Shown here in pieces: positions 49,131 to 62,742 of a stretch of DNA of 64,000 nucleotides. Location of the stretch: assembly GCF_963921235.1 (NCBI RefSeq), contig NC_086108.1:102488001-102552000 (forward strand). The letters are read 5' to 3'. Below the pieces are notes generated by a model. It was not told the DNA's origin. It saw only the letters and a list, made by a program, of their open reading frames with translations, and did no database searches. A program made the translations under genes and the position numbers. The DNA is from Mobula hypostoma. Its lineage: Eukaryota. Positions within the stretch are counted from its first letter, which is position 1; each line of letters opens with the position of its first letter.

Positions 49131-50584
49131 TATGTGCTCTTTGTGCTCCATGCTAATGCATTTTGCACTTTAGATCTGGAGGAACACTGTTTCATTTGGC
49201 TATATTCATGTATGGTTGAATGATAAAGTTGAACTTGAACACTGCTAGAATATTTGGTGACTCTGGGCCTGTGCTCAGTGAAGTTCAGAAAGAGAGGAGA
49301 GACCTCCTTACAGAATATCGGATATTGAAAAATCTGGATGGAGTGGGCATGGAAAAGATTTAAGAATCAAGATTCAAGATTGTTTATTGTCATTCGTGAG
49401 TATGCGGGTGCATAGGAGAATGAACTGACTGTTACTGTGATTGTTTCCCTTAGTTGCAGGGTCTGGGGCCCAAGAACGCAGCCTCAAAATAAAGGGACAT
49501 TCCTTTAAAAGTGAAATGAGGAGGAATTACTTCAGCTAGCAGGTGGATCTGTGGAATTTGTTGTCACAGACAGTTGTGGAGGCCAAGTAATTGGGTGAAT
49601 TTACAGCAGAGAATGGTACTTAATTAGCAAGTGAATTAACATTTATAGGGAGAAGGCAGGAGAATGGGTTTAAAGAAAATTAACCAAGATTGAAATGTGG
49701 AGCACATTTGATGGGTCAAATGGCTTAACTCTCCTTCTGCATCTTGGTCTTATGCTGCTTTTGGGAGGATCCTGGTGTAAATTGATTGCTGCTTGTGCTG
49801 CATTACAATATTGACTTCACTTTCAAATCATATCTTAGGAATGGCCAGAACAGTGCTGTGAAAATACATAGTCTTAGAGAACTTCAGCACAGAAACAATG
49901 TCTTTCGTCCAAGTAGCCTCGCCAAAATATTATCCTGCCTAATCCCATCGACCCATTCCCTGGACCATAGCATTCATATTGATCCCATCAATGAACTTAT
50001 TCAAACTTCTCTTAAATGCTACAACTGAACTGGCATCTACCACTTCCACTGTCAGTTCAATCCACACTGGCATCATGCCTGAGTGAACAAGATCTCCCTC
50101 AGATTCCCTTTAAATATTTTACCATTCAAACTTAACTTGTGACCTCTAGTTCTGGTCTCACCCAGCCTTGGTGGAAAAATGTGTTTTTATTTACCCTGTC
50201 CATACCTTTCAAAATTTTGTATTCCTCTCTCAAATCTCCCCTCTGCCTTCTACAGTCCACTGAATAAAGTCCGAACCTATTCAACCTTTCCCTGTAACTC
50301 AGGTTCTCGGGTCCCGGCAACAAGCTTGAATGTATTCCCACAATAATGGAGGTTCTGGTGAAAATACTTGCATAGTGATGATGGGGAGAGAGTTCCAAGG
50401 TTTTGACCCAGTGATGATGAAAGACTGGTGAAATGTTTCCTAGTCATGATGATGCACAACTTGGAGGCAGTCTGTGTGAGGTGGAATTGCTATCCACCTG
50501 TTACCCCGTCCTCTTTGCTGATGGAGGTCATAGGAGTGGGAGGGCCTGTCAGGATAGTCTAGGCGAGTATCTCTACTGCACTTC

Positions 50585-51180
50585 AAAGATCAAAGTTCAA
50601 AGTAAGTTTTATTATCAAAGTACATATATGTCACCATATCCAACCCTGAGATTCATTTTCCTGCAGGCATAATTAGCAAATCTATAGGATAGTAACTATA
50701 ACACGATCAATGAAAGTTCAACCAGAGTGCAGAAGACAACAAACTGTGCAATTGCAAATATAAGTAAATAGCAATAAATAACAAGAACCTGAGATAGCAA
50801 AATAAAGAGTCCTTAAAGTGAGACCATCTATTGTTGGAACACCAGAAGTAGAATGAGTGTATTTATCCCCTTCTGTTCAGGAGCCCGATGGTTGAGGGAT
50901 AGTAACCGTTCTTGAACCTGGTGGTGTGAGTCCTGAGGCATTTGTACCTTCTACTAGATGGGAGTAGTGAGAAAAGAGTATGGCCTGGTTGGTGGTGAGC
51001 TCTGCTGCTTTCCTGCAACAGCGTGTCATGTAGATATGCACAATGGTCGGTAGGGCTTTCCTTTGATGTACTGAGCTGAATCCACTACTTTTTGTAGGAT
51101 TTTTCATTCAAAGGCAGTGGTGTTCCCATAAAAGGCCATGATGCAGCCAGTCAATACACTCTCCACTACTCATCTGCTAA
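50585..51180 (-). mobile_element. Rex1/Babar 3' end
   Basis: Minus strand LFSLLPSSRRYK..RTHTTRFKN; (ttgaac)-type tail. Confidence 0.75.
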
Positions 51181-51499
51181 AGGTGACAGAGTGTGTGGAG
51201 TACGCTGCCACAATGGTGGTACAGGCAGATACATTAAGGACATTTAAGAGATTCTTAGATAAGCACATGGATGAAAGAAAAATGGAAGGCTATATGGGAG
51301 GGAAGGATTAGATTGATCTTGTGATAGGTTAAAGAGTCAATATTAGGTTAAAGGATATGCACTGTGCTGTATTGTTCTATGTTCTATATGATGGTTAGGT
51401 GGCTGGACTCTCTCTTGTTGGAGATGGTCAGTATATAGCACATTTTTTTTGCAAGAATGTTGCTTGCCGGTAATAAACCTGTGGTAAAATGATTATTTT

Positions 51500-51772
51500 T
51501 TTTATTTATTGAGACTCAACATGGAATAGGGCCATCTAGCCCTTCGAGCCATGCTACCCAGCAATCCTCCAATTTAATCCTAGCCTAATCACGGGACAAT
51601 TTACAATGACCAATTACCCGACTAATCAGCACGTCTTTAGACAGTGGGAGGAAACTAAAGCACCCGGAGGAAACCCACACCGTACAAACCCCTTACGGGC
51701 AGCAGCGGAAATTGAACCTGGGTCGCTGGTACTTTAAAGCATTGTGCTAACCACTAGGCTACCATGCTGCCC
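51500..51772 (-). mobile_element. HE1-type V-SINE with CR1-type tail
   Basis: ggggcagcatggtagcctagtggttagc head and ggttcaatttc B box on the minus strand. Confidence 0.8.
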
Positions 51773-51779
51773 CATGGGT

Positions 51780-53118
51780 TCTGATGCTGATTTTGTGCAA
51801 ACGCACAACTGTTGTTGGCAGAGTCTCAGGTGGTGACAAGGAGGCATGCAGGAGTGAGATAGATCAGCTGGTTGAGTAGTGTCGCAAGCAACCTCGCGTA
51901 CAAAATATCGGTAAGGGCAAGGAATTGATTGTGGACTTCAGGAAGGAGAGGTTGAGGGAACACACACCAATACTCATCGAGGGATCAGAGGAGGCAAGGG
52001 TGAGCAGATACAAGTTCCCGGGTGTCAACATTTCTAAAGATCTATCCTGGGCCCAACATATTGATATAATTACAGAGAAGGCACACCAGTGGCTATGTTT
52101 CTTTAGGAGTTGGAGGAGATTTGGTATGTCATCCAAGACTCGAGCAAACGTTTTTATAGATGTACTGGACAGAGCATTCTAACTGGTTGTAACACTGCCT
52201 GGTATGAGGAGGCCGCTGCACAAGATTGGAAAAAGCTGCAGAGAGTTGCAAACTCCGTCAGTTCCATCATAGGCACTAGCTTCCCCAGTATTGAGGATAA
52301 CTTCACAAGGTGATGCCTCAAAAAGGTGGCATCCATCATTAGGACCACCATCGCTCAGGGCATGCCTGATTCTCATTGCTCCCTTCAAGGAGGCAGTACG
52401 AGAGCCTGAAGACGTACACTCAATGTCTTATGTACAGCTTCTTTTCCTCTGCCTTCAGATTTCTGAAGGGACAATGAACACTACCTCAGCATTTTTTCTT
52501 TATTTTGCTCTTTGCGCTACTTATTTAATATAATTTTTATATATTTAGTTCTTATTTTAAATTTATATTTAAAAAGAATTATGTTTTGCACTGTACTGCT
52601 GCTGTAAAACAACAAATTTCACGACGTATAATTCCAGGAGTGAAAGGGTTGTCATACGAGGAACATTTGATGGCTCTGGGTCTGTACTCGCTGGAATTCA
52701 GAAGGATGAGAGGGGATCTTATTGAAACCTTTTGAACATTGAAAGCCCGAGACAGAGTAGATGGGGAAAGGATGTTTCCCATGGTGGGAGAGTCTAGGTC
52801 AAGAGGGCACAGCCTCAGGATAGAGGGGCGCCCTTTCAGAACAGAGGTGCGGAGAAATTTCTTTAGCCAAAGGGTGGTGAATTTGTGGAATTTGTTGCCA
52901 CATAAAGCTGTGGAGTCTGGGTCATTTGGTGTATTTAAGGCAGAGATTGATAGGTTCTTGATTGCACACAGCGCCAAAGATTACGGGGAGACGGCCGGGA
53001 ACTGGGGTTGAGGAGGAGATAGAGAAAGGATCAGCCATGATTGAATGACGGAGCAGAGTCGATGAGCCAGATGGCCTAATTCTGCTCCTATGTCTTGTGG
53101 TATAATAAACCTGATTCT
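51780..53118 (+). mobile_element. Rex1/Babar 3' part with CR1 3' end (~52631-53100) inserted just before its tail
   Basis: IVDFRK...DLSWAQHID; CR1 RVVNLWNLLP; gtataat duplicated around the CR1. Confidence 0.85.
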
Positions 53119-53793
53119 AGTCCTTGCCACGTGCAGGCGTGAGCTGCGTCATTTGAAAAGAAGTAGCAATGGGCACCAGGGTAGAGTAGAGGTTAGCATG
53201 ACGCCATTACGACTCGGGGCATTCCAGAGTTCAGAGTTCAATTCCGGTGCCATTCTGTACATAGACTCTGTCCTTCCTCCCCTTGGAATGTGTGGATTTT
53301 CCCCAAGTGCTCCAGTTTCCTCCCACAGTCCAAAGACATACCAGGTAGGTGAGTTGGTCATTGTAAATTGTCCTGTGATTAGGTTAACGTTAATCGGGAT
53401 TATGAAGACAGACTCCAGCGGATTGAGCGGACGAGACTAATGGAAGGTCCAAAGGTCAAGAAGGCGGTAACTGCAAGCATCGTTGAATGCGTAGAGCACG
53501 ACTAGACACAGAAGATGTCAAAAAAATGCAAAAAAATGCCCTACTACTGGGATTGTACACCAATAAAAGAAACAGAGGGAGAGGACAATGATGAGATAAC
53601 ACCGGGGGAACGAAACAGTGACATGACGTCAGGTTGAAGAAATTCATAGTAAAGGGTTGTTTCTTTCTCAACACGATATAGAGAGGACAGGAGGAGATAG
53701 AATCTGAAATGCACTTCAACAGAAATGTTCTCCAGAAATCAAAAACAGTTCATTCCTGTTCTGTGTCAAATCCGACTGATTCCATACACCATT

Positions 53794-54446
53794 TACTCAG
53801 TGGCCACTTTATTAGGTATACCTGTACACATGCTCTTTAATGCAAATATCAGCCAATCATGTGGTAGCAACACAATGCATAAAAGCATGCTGACAAGCTC
53901 AAGAGGTTCAGTTGTTGTTGTTCACACCAACCATCACAATGGGGAAAAATGTGATCTAAGTGACTTTGACTGTGGAATGATAGTTGATTCCAGGTGAGAT
54001 GGTTTGAGTATCTCAGAAGCTGCTGATCTACTGGGATTTTCATGCAAAATATTTTTTAGAATTTACAGAGCATGGTGCAAAAAAAACAAAAACATCAAGT
54101 GTCCGGCAGTTGTGAGCAAAAATGCCTTGTTAATGAGAGAAGAGGAGAATGGCAAGCTGGTTCAATTTGGCAGGAAGGCAACATTACTCAAATAACCACA
54201 CATAACAACAGCAGTGAGCAGAAGATTCTCTCTGAATGCACAACACGTCGAAACTTGAAGTGGCACACGCAGAATGCTGGGGAGCTCAGCAGCCCAGGCA
54301 GCTCCATGGAAAAAAGTACAGTCGGCGGGCATGTTGCTCGGATTTCCAGCATCTCCAGGTTTTCTCTTGTCGGTAACTTGAAGTGAATGGGCTACAGCAG
54401 CAGACCACAGACTTACAGGAGTACCTAATAAAGTGGCCACTGAGTG
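53794..54446 (+). mobile_element. Non-autonomous Tc1/mariner element (copy 3) with Penelope-like insertion at 54263-54374
   Basis: TIRs actcagtggccactttattagg / cctaataaagtggccactgagtg|TA; inner insertion flanked by aacttgaagtg (54252-54262 / 54375-54385). Confidence 0.85.
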
Positions 54447-54519
54447 TATCTCCAATGTCAGCCAGGAGAAAGAAGCATGTAATGCTTAGATATTTTTCAC
54501 CATTGCGGATGAATCTCTT

Positions 54520-55145
54520 AAATAAGAACATAAGAAATAGGAGCAGGAGTTTGCTGTCTGGCCCATTCAGCCTGCTCTGCCATTTAATAAGATCATGGCT
54601 GATCTGTCCGTGGACTCCGCTCCACTTACCTTACTTTTCCCCATAACTCTTAATTTCCCTGCTATGTAAAAATATATCTCACTCTGTCTTAAAAATATTT
54701 AATGAGATTCTTCCCTGGGCAGAGAATTCACTACTCTGGAAAAGCAGTTTCTCCTCTCATCTTCATTCGAAATCTTTTCCCACAAACCTGAGGCTATGCC
54801 TCCTAGCTTTAGTCTCCCTTACCAGTGGAAATAACTTTCCTGTCTATAAATTATCTAACACTTTCATAATTTTATATGTTTCTATGTGACCCCCTGTCAT
54901 TCTTCTGAATTCCGGGGAGTATAATCCCAGGTCGTTCTCTCTGTACTCACAGATTAACCACACCAACTCCACATTCAACCTCGTGAACATCATCTGGACC
55001 ACTTCCAACACTAGGGTGTCTTTCCTCAAGTAAGGAGACCAGAATTGCATGCAGTACTCCAGGTGCAACCTCACTAGTACCTGTACATTTGCAGCTTAAC
55101 ACCTCTCCCCGCTCTTAAATTCAGCCCTCTAGCAATGAAAGCCAT
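54520..55145 (-). mobile_element. CR1 LINE 3' fragment
   Basis: RLHLEYCMQFWSPYLRKD. Confidence 0.85.
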
Positions 55146-55170
55146 ATCTATTGTGTGTTGGGGTCACAAT

Positions 55171-56760
55171 TAGATAGATAGATAGATTCTTTATTGATCC
55201 CAAAAGAAATTACAGTGTCACAGTAGCATTACAAGTGCACAGATATAAATATTAGAATAGAAGCAGAAAGAATAAAAAATAAATTACCACAAACAGTCGA
55301 GCAGGAGGGGATCATCACTTCCCCAGCTACAGGTTGATCATTATAGAGCCTGATGGCTGAGGGTAGGAATGACCTCATTAAGTGCTCTTTGGAGCAGCAC
55401 AGTTGCCTTAGTCTATGACTAAAAGTGCTCCTCTGTTCAGCCAAGGTGGAATGCAGAGGGTGAGGAATATTGTCCAGAATTGCCAGGATTTTCCATAAGA
55501 TGCTTCATTCTACCACAGCCTCTAATGTGTCTAGTTTGACTCCTATAACAGAACCAACTTTTCTAATCAGTTTATTGAGCCTGTTGGCATCACCCAGCTA
55601 TTGACCCAGCACACCACCATATAGAAGATTGTACTAGCAACAACTGATTGGTAGAATATGTGAAGGAGAGGCTTGCATATTCCAAAGGACCTCAGTCTCC
55701 TCAGGAAGTAGAGGTGACTCTGGTCCTTCTTGTACACGTCCTCTGGGTTGGTGCTCCACTCAAGTCTGTCATCCAGGTACACCTCCAGGTACTTGGGGGT
55801 CCTCACCACATCCACATCCTCACCATCAATAGTAACAAGGGGTACTACAGACTTGGTCTTCCTAAAGTCCATTGCCATCTCCTTTGTCTTCCTGATGTTG
55901 AACTGCAGATGATACAGCTTGTAGCATTCGACAAAATCCTCCACCAAGGCCCTGTATCCATCCTCCTGTTCTCCCTTTATACACCCAACTATTGCTGAGT
56001 CATCAGAGAATTTCTGCAGATGGCATGACTCTGTGTTGTATCTAAAGTCTGAGGTATACAGGGTAAACAGGAAGTGTGGGCCCCAGTGCTGCTTATAGCC
56101 ATGTCTAACACAGCTCTGAAGTCACTCAGCTGTCGTTTGCCAGTCAGGTAGTCCTTTATCCAGGATACAGTGGAAGTGAAAACCTTCATTGAACAGAGCT
56201 TTTCCCCCAGCAATGAGGGCTATATGGTATTGAAGGCAATTGAGAAATCAAAAAAAATTATCCTCACAGTGCTGCCCTGCTTATCCAAATGGGAGTAGGC
56301 TCTGTTCAGCAGCTAGATGACAGCATCGTCGACTCCAATGTGCTCGTGGTAGGCAAACTGCAGAGAATCAAGGGCTGATCTGACCAGGGGTCAGAGGTGA
56401 GGTCAGGACCACTGGACAGTAGTCATTCAAGACTTTCAGTTGGCCCATCTTGGATACTGGAACCACACATGATGTTTTCCACACAGTCGAGACTCATTCC
56501 AGGCTGAGACTCAGATTGGAAGTGCGCTGGAGAACTCCACACAGCTGCTCAGCACGCTCCGTCAGGACCTTGGGGTTCACACCATCCAGTCCCATTGCTT
56601 TGCCATGTCTGTGTTTCCCCAGAGCCCTTCTCACCTGCTCAGCAGTGAAGGTGAGTCCATGATGACTGGGGAGTTGATGGAAGTTGGGGACTGGAGGAGA
56701 TCCCCAAAGACCATTTGTGTTGCCTTTTGAAGGGGGAAAAAAGTCATGGTTCCCCCCGCC
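55171..56760 (-). mobile_element. Second Rex1/Babar family, RT fragment to (atct)n tail
   Basis: KAMGLDGVNPKVL..CAEQL-like segment; KTKEMAMDFRK; YFLRRLRSFG; SFLPSAIRLYN. Confidence 0.85.
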
Positions 56761-56946
56761 AGACAAAAGAAAGCATTCCTAGAAGAGGAAGATTTAAACT
56801 TCTTCAGGGTATGAATCTCTGGAAAGCATTAAAAGCACTGATTTTGTGTCTCTCAACCACAGGACATTCTAAAGTACTTTGCACACAAGAAAGCAGTTTT
56901 GAAATGCAAGGACTGGGCAGAGAATGTCACCATTTGTGTAGATCAT

Positions 56947-58580
56947 AAATACAAGAGATTCTGCAGATGCTGGAAATCCAGAGCAACACACACAACATGT
57001 TGGAAGAACTTAGCAGATCAGGCAGCATTTATGAAGAGGAATAAACAGCTGACGTTTTGGGCTGAGATCCTGCTTATTTGGAATCAGAATCAGGTTTAAT
57101 GTTAATGGCATATGTCATGAAATTTGTTGTCTTTGTGACAGCAGTACAATGCAATACATAATAAAAGAGAAAAAAGTGAATTACATAAAAAGAATCAATT
57201 AAATAGCTAAATTAGTGCAAAAATTGAAATAAAATAAGTGATGAGGTAGTGTTCATGGGTTCAATGTCTATTCAGAAATCAGATGATAGAGAGGAAGGAA
57301 ACTGTTCTTGAATCATTGAGTGTGTGCCTTCAAGCTTCTGTACCTCCTTCCTGGTGTAGCAAAGAGAACAAGGCATGACGGGGGTCATTAATGATGGATG
57401 CTGACTTTTTGGGGCATTGCTCCTCTGAGATTCCTGGATACTATGGAGGCTAGTGCTCATGACGGATGGAAGTTTACTAGTCTCTGCAGCTTATTTGGAT
57501 CCTGTGCAGTAGACCCCCCTCCCCCCATACCAGACAGTGATACAGGCAGTTAGAATGCTCTCCACAGTACATCTGTAGAAATTTGTGAATGTGTTTGGTG
57601 ACATACCAAATTTCCTAAAAGACCTAATGAAATATAGCCACTGCCGTGCCTTCTTTGTAGCTGCATCGATGTGGATTCAGGTTAGATTCTCAGAGATATT
57701 GTCACCCAGGAACTTGAAATTGCTCCCTTTTTCCACATCTGATCCCTCTAAGAAGACTACATAAGAATATAAGAAATAGGAGCAGGAGTTGGCCATCTGG
57801 CCCATCGAGCCTGCTCCACCATTCAATCAGATCATTTGATCAGGCCATGTACTCATCTCCACCTACCTGTCTTTTCGCCATAACCCTTAATTCCCGTACT
57901 ATGCAAAAATCTATCCAGCGTTGTCTTAAATATATTTACTGAGGTAGCCTCTGCTGCTTCACTGGGCAGAGAATTCCACAGATTCACCACTCTCAGGGAA
58001 GACCTGTTCCTCCTCACCTCCATCCTAAATCTACTCCCCTGAATCCTGAGGCTATGTCCCTTAGTTCTAGTTTCACCGACCAGTGGAAACAACTTTCCTC
58101 TCTCTATTTTATCTATCCTTTTCATAATTTTATATGTTTCTGTAAGATCTCCTGTCATTCTTCTGAATTCCGGCGAGTACAGGCCCAGACAACTCAATCT
58201 CTTCTCATAGTCTAACCCCTTCATCTCTGGAATCAACCTTGTGAACCTCCTCTGCACCACCTCCAAAACCAGTATATCCTTCCTGAAAGACTGGTGCGTG
58301 TTCCCTCGTCTTCACCTTTCTAAAGTCCACAATCTGTTCTTTAGTACTACTAACATTGAATGCAAGTTTGTCAGTGCAACACCACTCAACTAGCTGATAT
58401 CTCACTCCTGTACTCCCTCTCGTCACCATCTGAGAATAGACCAACAATAGTTGTATCATCAGCATATTCATAGCTTCTTCTCCCTCCCTTGCTTGTCCTG
58501 ATAAAAGATTGACTGTTCATTCCCCTCTATAGATGCTTCCTGACCTGCCTGAGTTCTTTCAGCATCTTGTGTGCGTGATG
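56947..58580. mobile_element. Three-level nest: Penelope-like inverted pair > Rex (minus, ~57082-58472) > CR1 (minus, ~57761-58285)
   Basis: Family A arms at ~56947-57075 and ~58475-58580; the Rex sequence is continuous across the CR1, with aagact duplicated. Confidence 0.75.
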
Positions 58581-59699
58581 CTCACGATTTGTGCAGAACA
58601 GTTTTAGGTGCCAAAGTGATAACAACAATGACCAGCCCAAATGATAGGTTGCATTGTAGATACCCAGTGGCTGTAGAAGCTGTCTTGATTCTTCATTTTG
58701 CCTTGTGGGATTGCTGTCTGGTTATCGAGTTGCTACATCTCTTCTGACGAGCTGAATTACCTTCCCTCCCAGGCCATTGATCCGAACCCTGTGCACAAAC
58801 CGTAACATGTGTCAACTCATAATGGACCACCAGCAGTGAGAGGAATGTGAGAGCACATTGCTTGCTGAGAACATGACACCACCCTTCTCAACATTCATTT
58901 CTAAATGACATTAGCGAAGAGAGCCTACAGGGTATCTTCATCGACAGCATGGCAAGCGAAATATAATTAACCATGTTGATGGATGGTATCATTTAAAATT
59001 TTATAGTTATGAAAACTGCAACACTGAAAGAAATCAGTTATACAGCTCAGAACACTAATGATCCATTTGGAGCAGTTCCATTCATTTGAGGAGAAATTCC
59101 GTATTATGAAATCAAAATGTGCCTTCACAAAACTGCATCGCCTGATGCACAGAAATAATTAACGCTGATCTGATCACTCCAGTAAAGACTGTGAATGATA
59201 GTTTGATGCAAGCATTCACAGCCACTAAATACTGGCAATTATCCAGAGTGCTGTTACCGACCAGGGAAGGTGCAGCCCCAGTTCAGTGGAGGTGAGGAGG
59301 GACAGCTTGTGATACCATAATTACAGACATATTGCGCAAGTCAAGATGTTAGAAGCTTTCTGGATATCATTATATATGGACCTGCATATGAGAGATTCAG
59401 GATGTAGTTAAAATAACTCATGCTGTACCCACACAGCAGGACAGCTTTATTATTTAAATTCCTCCACTTTTCCACTTTAACTTTCACAAGATAGTCAGTG
59501 CTTTGCATGAAAGAAGGACTTGCATTTAAATGGGGACATGAAAGACTGCATTTTTAGAACCTGGAGCAACTCACAATCTGCTGGAAGTACTCAGGGTTGA
59601 GCAGTAGCTGCAGGGGGAAAGGAATTGTTGACGTTTTGGGCCAAAACCCTGTATCAGGACAGAGCAGAGAGGAAAGAGAGCCTTACATTTATATATTTT

Positions 59700-59980
59700 T
59701 ATATCTATTTATTGAGATCAGTGTGGTATAGGCTCTTCCAAGCCTTTGAGCCACGCCGCCCAGCAATCCCCATATTTAATCTGAGTCTAATCACAGGACA
59801 ATCTACAATGCCCAGTTAAATAACCAGCTGGTACATCTTTGGACTGAGGGAGGAAACCTGAGCACCCGGAGGAAACACACATGGTAACAGGGAGAACGTA
59901 CAACTCATTACAGGCAGTGCTGGGAATTGAACCTGGGTCGCTGCTACTGTAAAGCATTGTGATAACCACCCTGCTTGCCC
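59700..59980 (-). mobile_element. HE1-type V-SINE with CR1-type tail
   Basis: gacccaggttcaattcc B box; V-domain. Confidence 0.8.
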
Positions 59981-60699
59981 TACCTTTCGTAACCTCAGAA
60001 TCAGAATCGGGTTTCTTATCACTTTCATATATCTTGAAATTTGTTGTTTTGTGGCAGTAGTACAGTTCAATACATAATAAATTACTGTAAGTTAGAGAAA
60101 TAAATGAATAAATAATGCAAAAGAGGAGTAGTGAGGTATTGTTTTATGGGTTCATGCACCATTCAGAAATTTGATGGTGGAGGGGAAGAAGCTGTTCCTA
60201 AAATATTGAGGTCTTCCTGACCCTCTCGCCAGTCGTAATAATGAAACAAAGGCATGTTCTGGTTGGTGAGGATCATATATTATGGATGCCACCTTCTTGA
60301 GGCACCAGGCTTTAAAGATATCTACAGCCCTTTACAGGCTCTGTCATTGAAGTCTTCACTGGTTGGTGATGCAAACGGTCAGAACGCTCTCCATCGAACA
60401 TTTGACATACTAAAAATGAAGTACAGTGGATGTCCCAAAGCATATTATATCTAGGTAAGTAGTTATGCAAGGTGTTGCTCTTGGAAAGTGAGGAATAAGT
60501 AAAAGCTTCACAGAAAATGCAGGAGTACGCCACATGGCCCTTTTAAGCTTGTTCCACCATTTTATAAGATTATGATCAATCTGATCATAACCTTAATTGT
60601 GCCTTGCCATCAGCTTCTGATAAGTCTTCACTGTCTTATTGATTAAGTATTGATCCTTACATTAAAAATATCTGAAGACTCTGGTTCAGTCCTTTTTGA

Positions 60700-61690
60700 A
60701 GAAGATATACAGAGAGATCTTGGGCTCCATGAAAGAGGCCACATGAGTTGACAAGGTGGCAAAGAAGGTGTATTGCGTACTTGTCCTTATTAACTGAGGC
60801 ACTGAGTTCAAGAGTCAGGAAGTTATGTCACTGCTTAATAAAACGCTAGTTAGGCCACATCTGGAGTATCGCATTCAATTCTGATCACCCCATTATAGGA
60901 AGGACTTGGGGCCACTGGAGAGGGTGCAGTCGGGGTTTACTACGATGCTGCTTGAATTGGAGGGCATTGCTCTAAGGAGAAGTTAGGGAAACTAGGGTTC
61001 TTTTCTTTGGAGCAGCAAAGGCATAGGCAAACTTGATAGGGTGGCACAGTGGTGTCGTGGTTAGCATAACACTATTATAGTGCCAGCAATCACCGGTTCA
61101 ATTCCCACCACTGTCTACAAAGCATTTGAACATTCTTCCTGTGACTTCATGGGTTTCTGGGTGTTTTCCTCCCATGTTCCAAAGACAAACGGGTTAGGAT
61201 TAGTGAGGGTTTGAGCATGCTATGTCGGCACCAAATTTGTGCAACACTGATGGGCTGCCTAACTCAATTCTCACTGATATGATTTGACACAAACAATGCT
61301 TTTTATTGTATGTTTTAATATGCTGCATATGTGACAATTAAAGCTGATCTTTAATCTTTAATTTTAGAAGCTTGTAAAATTACTAGACAGGGTAGATAGC
61401 TGGTTTCTTTATGTGTAATACTAGAGGGCATGCAGTTAAGGTGTGAGGGGATAAGTTCAGAGGAGATGTACAGGGCAAGTTTTTTTTTGTAGAGAGTGGT
61501 GGGTGGCTAGAATGCACTGCCAAAGATGGTGGCACTGGCATATATGATGGAGCTGTTCCAAATGCTCTTAGATAGGCACATGATTGTGCAGACAGAAGGG
61601 ATTATTGTAATGAGGTGCCATTGGCTCAGTTAGTCTGACACAACATCATGGGATGAAGGGCCAGGTCCTGTGCTGTACAGTTCTTTGTTA
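60700..61690 (+). mobile_element. CR1 3' fragment interrupted by a V-SINE (~61038-61362)
   Basis: KTLVRPHLEY; the CR1 resumes after the SINE tail. Confidence 0.8.
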
Positions 61691-62024
61691 AGAGAGTTCC
61701 AAATACTCATGACCTTCTTAAGTGAAAGAAAAATTCACCTCACCTTGCTATTAAATGGGCAATCTCTTACTTTTAATCAGTAATTTCCAGATTCCTGAAC
61801 AAGAGGAATCATCCTCTCCATGTCCAACCTATCAAGGCCCTTTGGGATTATACTGTATGTGTTTCAGTCAAGTACGCTCTTCTAATCACCAGTAGATGCA
61901 AGCCTAGTCCCTCTATCATAGAACATAGAACATTACAGTGTAGTACAGTCCCTTTGGCCCATGTTGTCATGCCAATCCATTTAAACTTATTCCATTATCA
62001 ATTGGACTCCTCCCTTCTCATTCG

Positions 62025-62575
62025 TTCGCTTATTATGTGTTATATCGTATGACGTGGGTGATCATGGTCCTTCCACGACCATGATTGTTCTGGGCAAATT
62101 TTTCAACCAAAGTAATTTGCCATTGCCTTCTTCTGGTTAGTGTCTTTACATAGACATAGACATACCTTATTGATTCCGAGGGAAATTGAATTTCGTTACA
62201 GCTGCGCCAACCAAGAATAGAGCATAAATATAGAAATACAAAAACCACAAACAATCAAACAACAATATGCAAACTATGCCAGATGGAAATAAGTCCAGGA
62301 CCAGCCTATTGGCACAAGATGAGTCCCCCCAGCCATTCTCAATACTCTTCAGAGATTGACTGCCTGGTGTCAGTGGTTGCATATATAGGTCTTGTGATAT
62401 GCACCAGCTGCTCATACGACCACCCACCACCTGCTCCCATGGATTCACGTGATTCTGCTTGTGGGGTGGAGTTAAGCAGGTGCTACACCTTTTCCCAATG
62501 GTGACCTGCAGGCTAGTGGAGGGAAGGAGCACCTTACACCTCCTTTAGTAGAGATGTATCTACACCTTGCCTCCC
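62025..62575 (-). mobile_element. RTE/BovB-tailed short element (copy 2) with Rex-like 3' end inserted at ~62150-62320
   Basis: Colinear with 32521-32890; agaagaaggcaatggcaaa motif. Confidence 0.65.
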
Positions 62576-62742
62576 TTCTACATAGACCATACCCCTCCAT
62601 TTCTCTTTCATCCATATGCCTATCTAAGAATCTCTTGATGTATCTGCCTTGACTGCTACCCCAGCAGTGTATTCCAGGTACTTATTATTTGCTGTTTAAA
62701 AAAAAAATCCTCCGATATCTCTCCTAAGTTATCCTCCACTCA

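Noticed and set aside
53586..53625. Hammerhead-like aTGATGA...GAAAC
   Set aside because: C3 is missing, there is no helix II, and there is no helix III/UH site.
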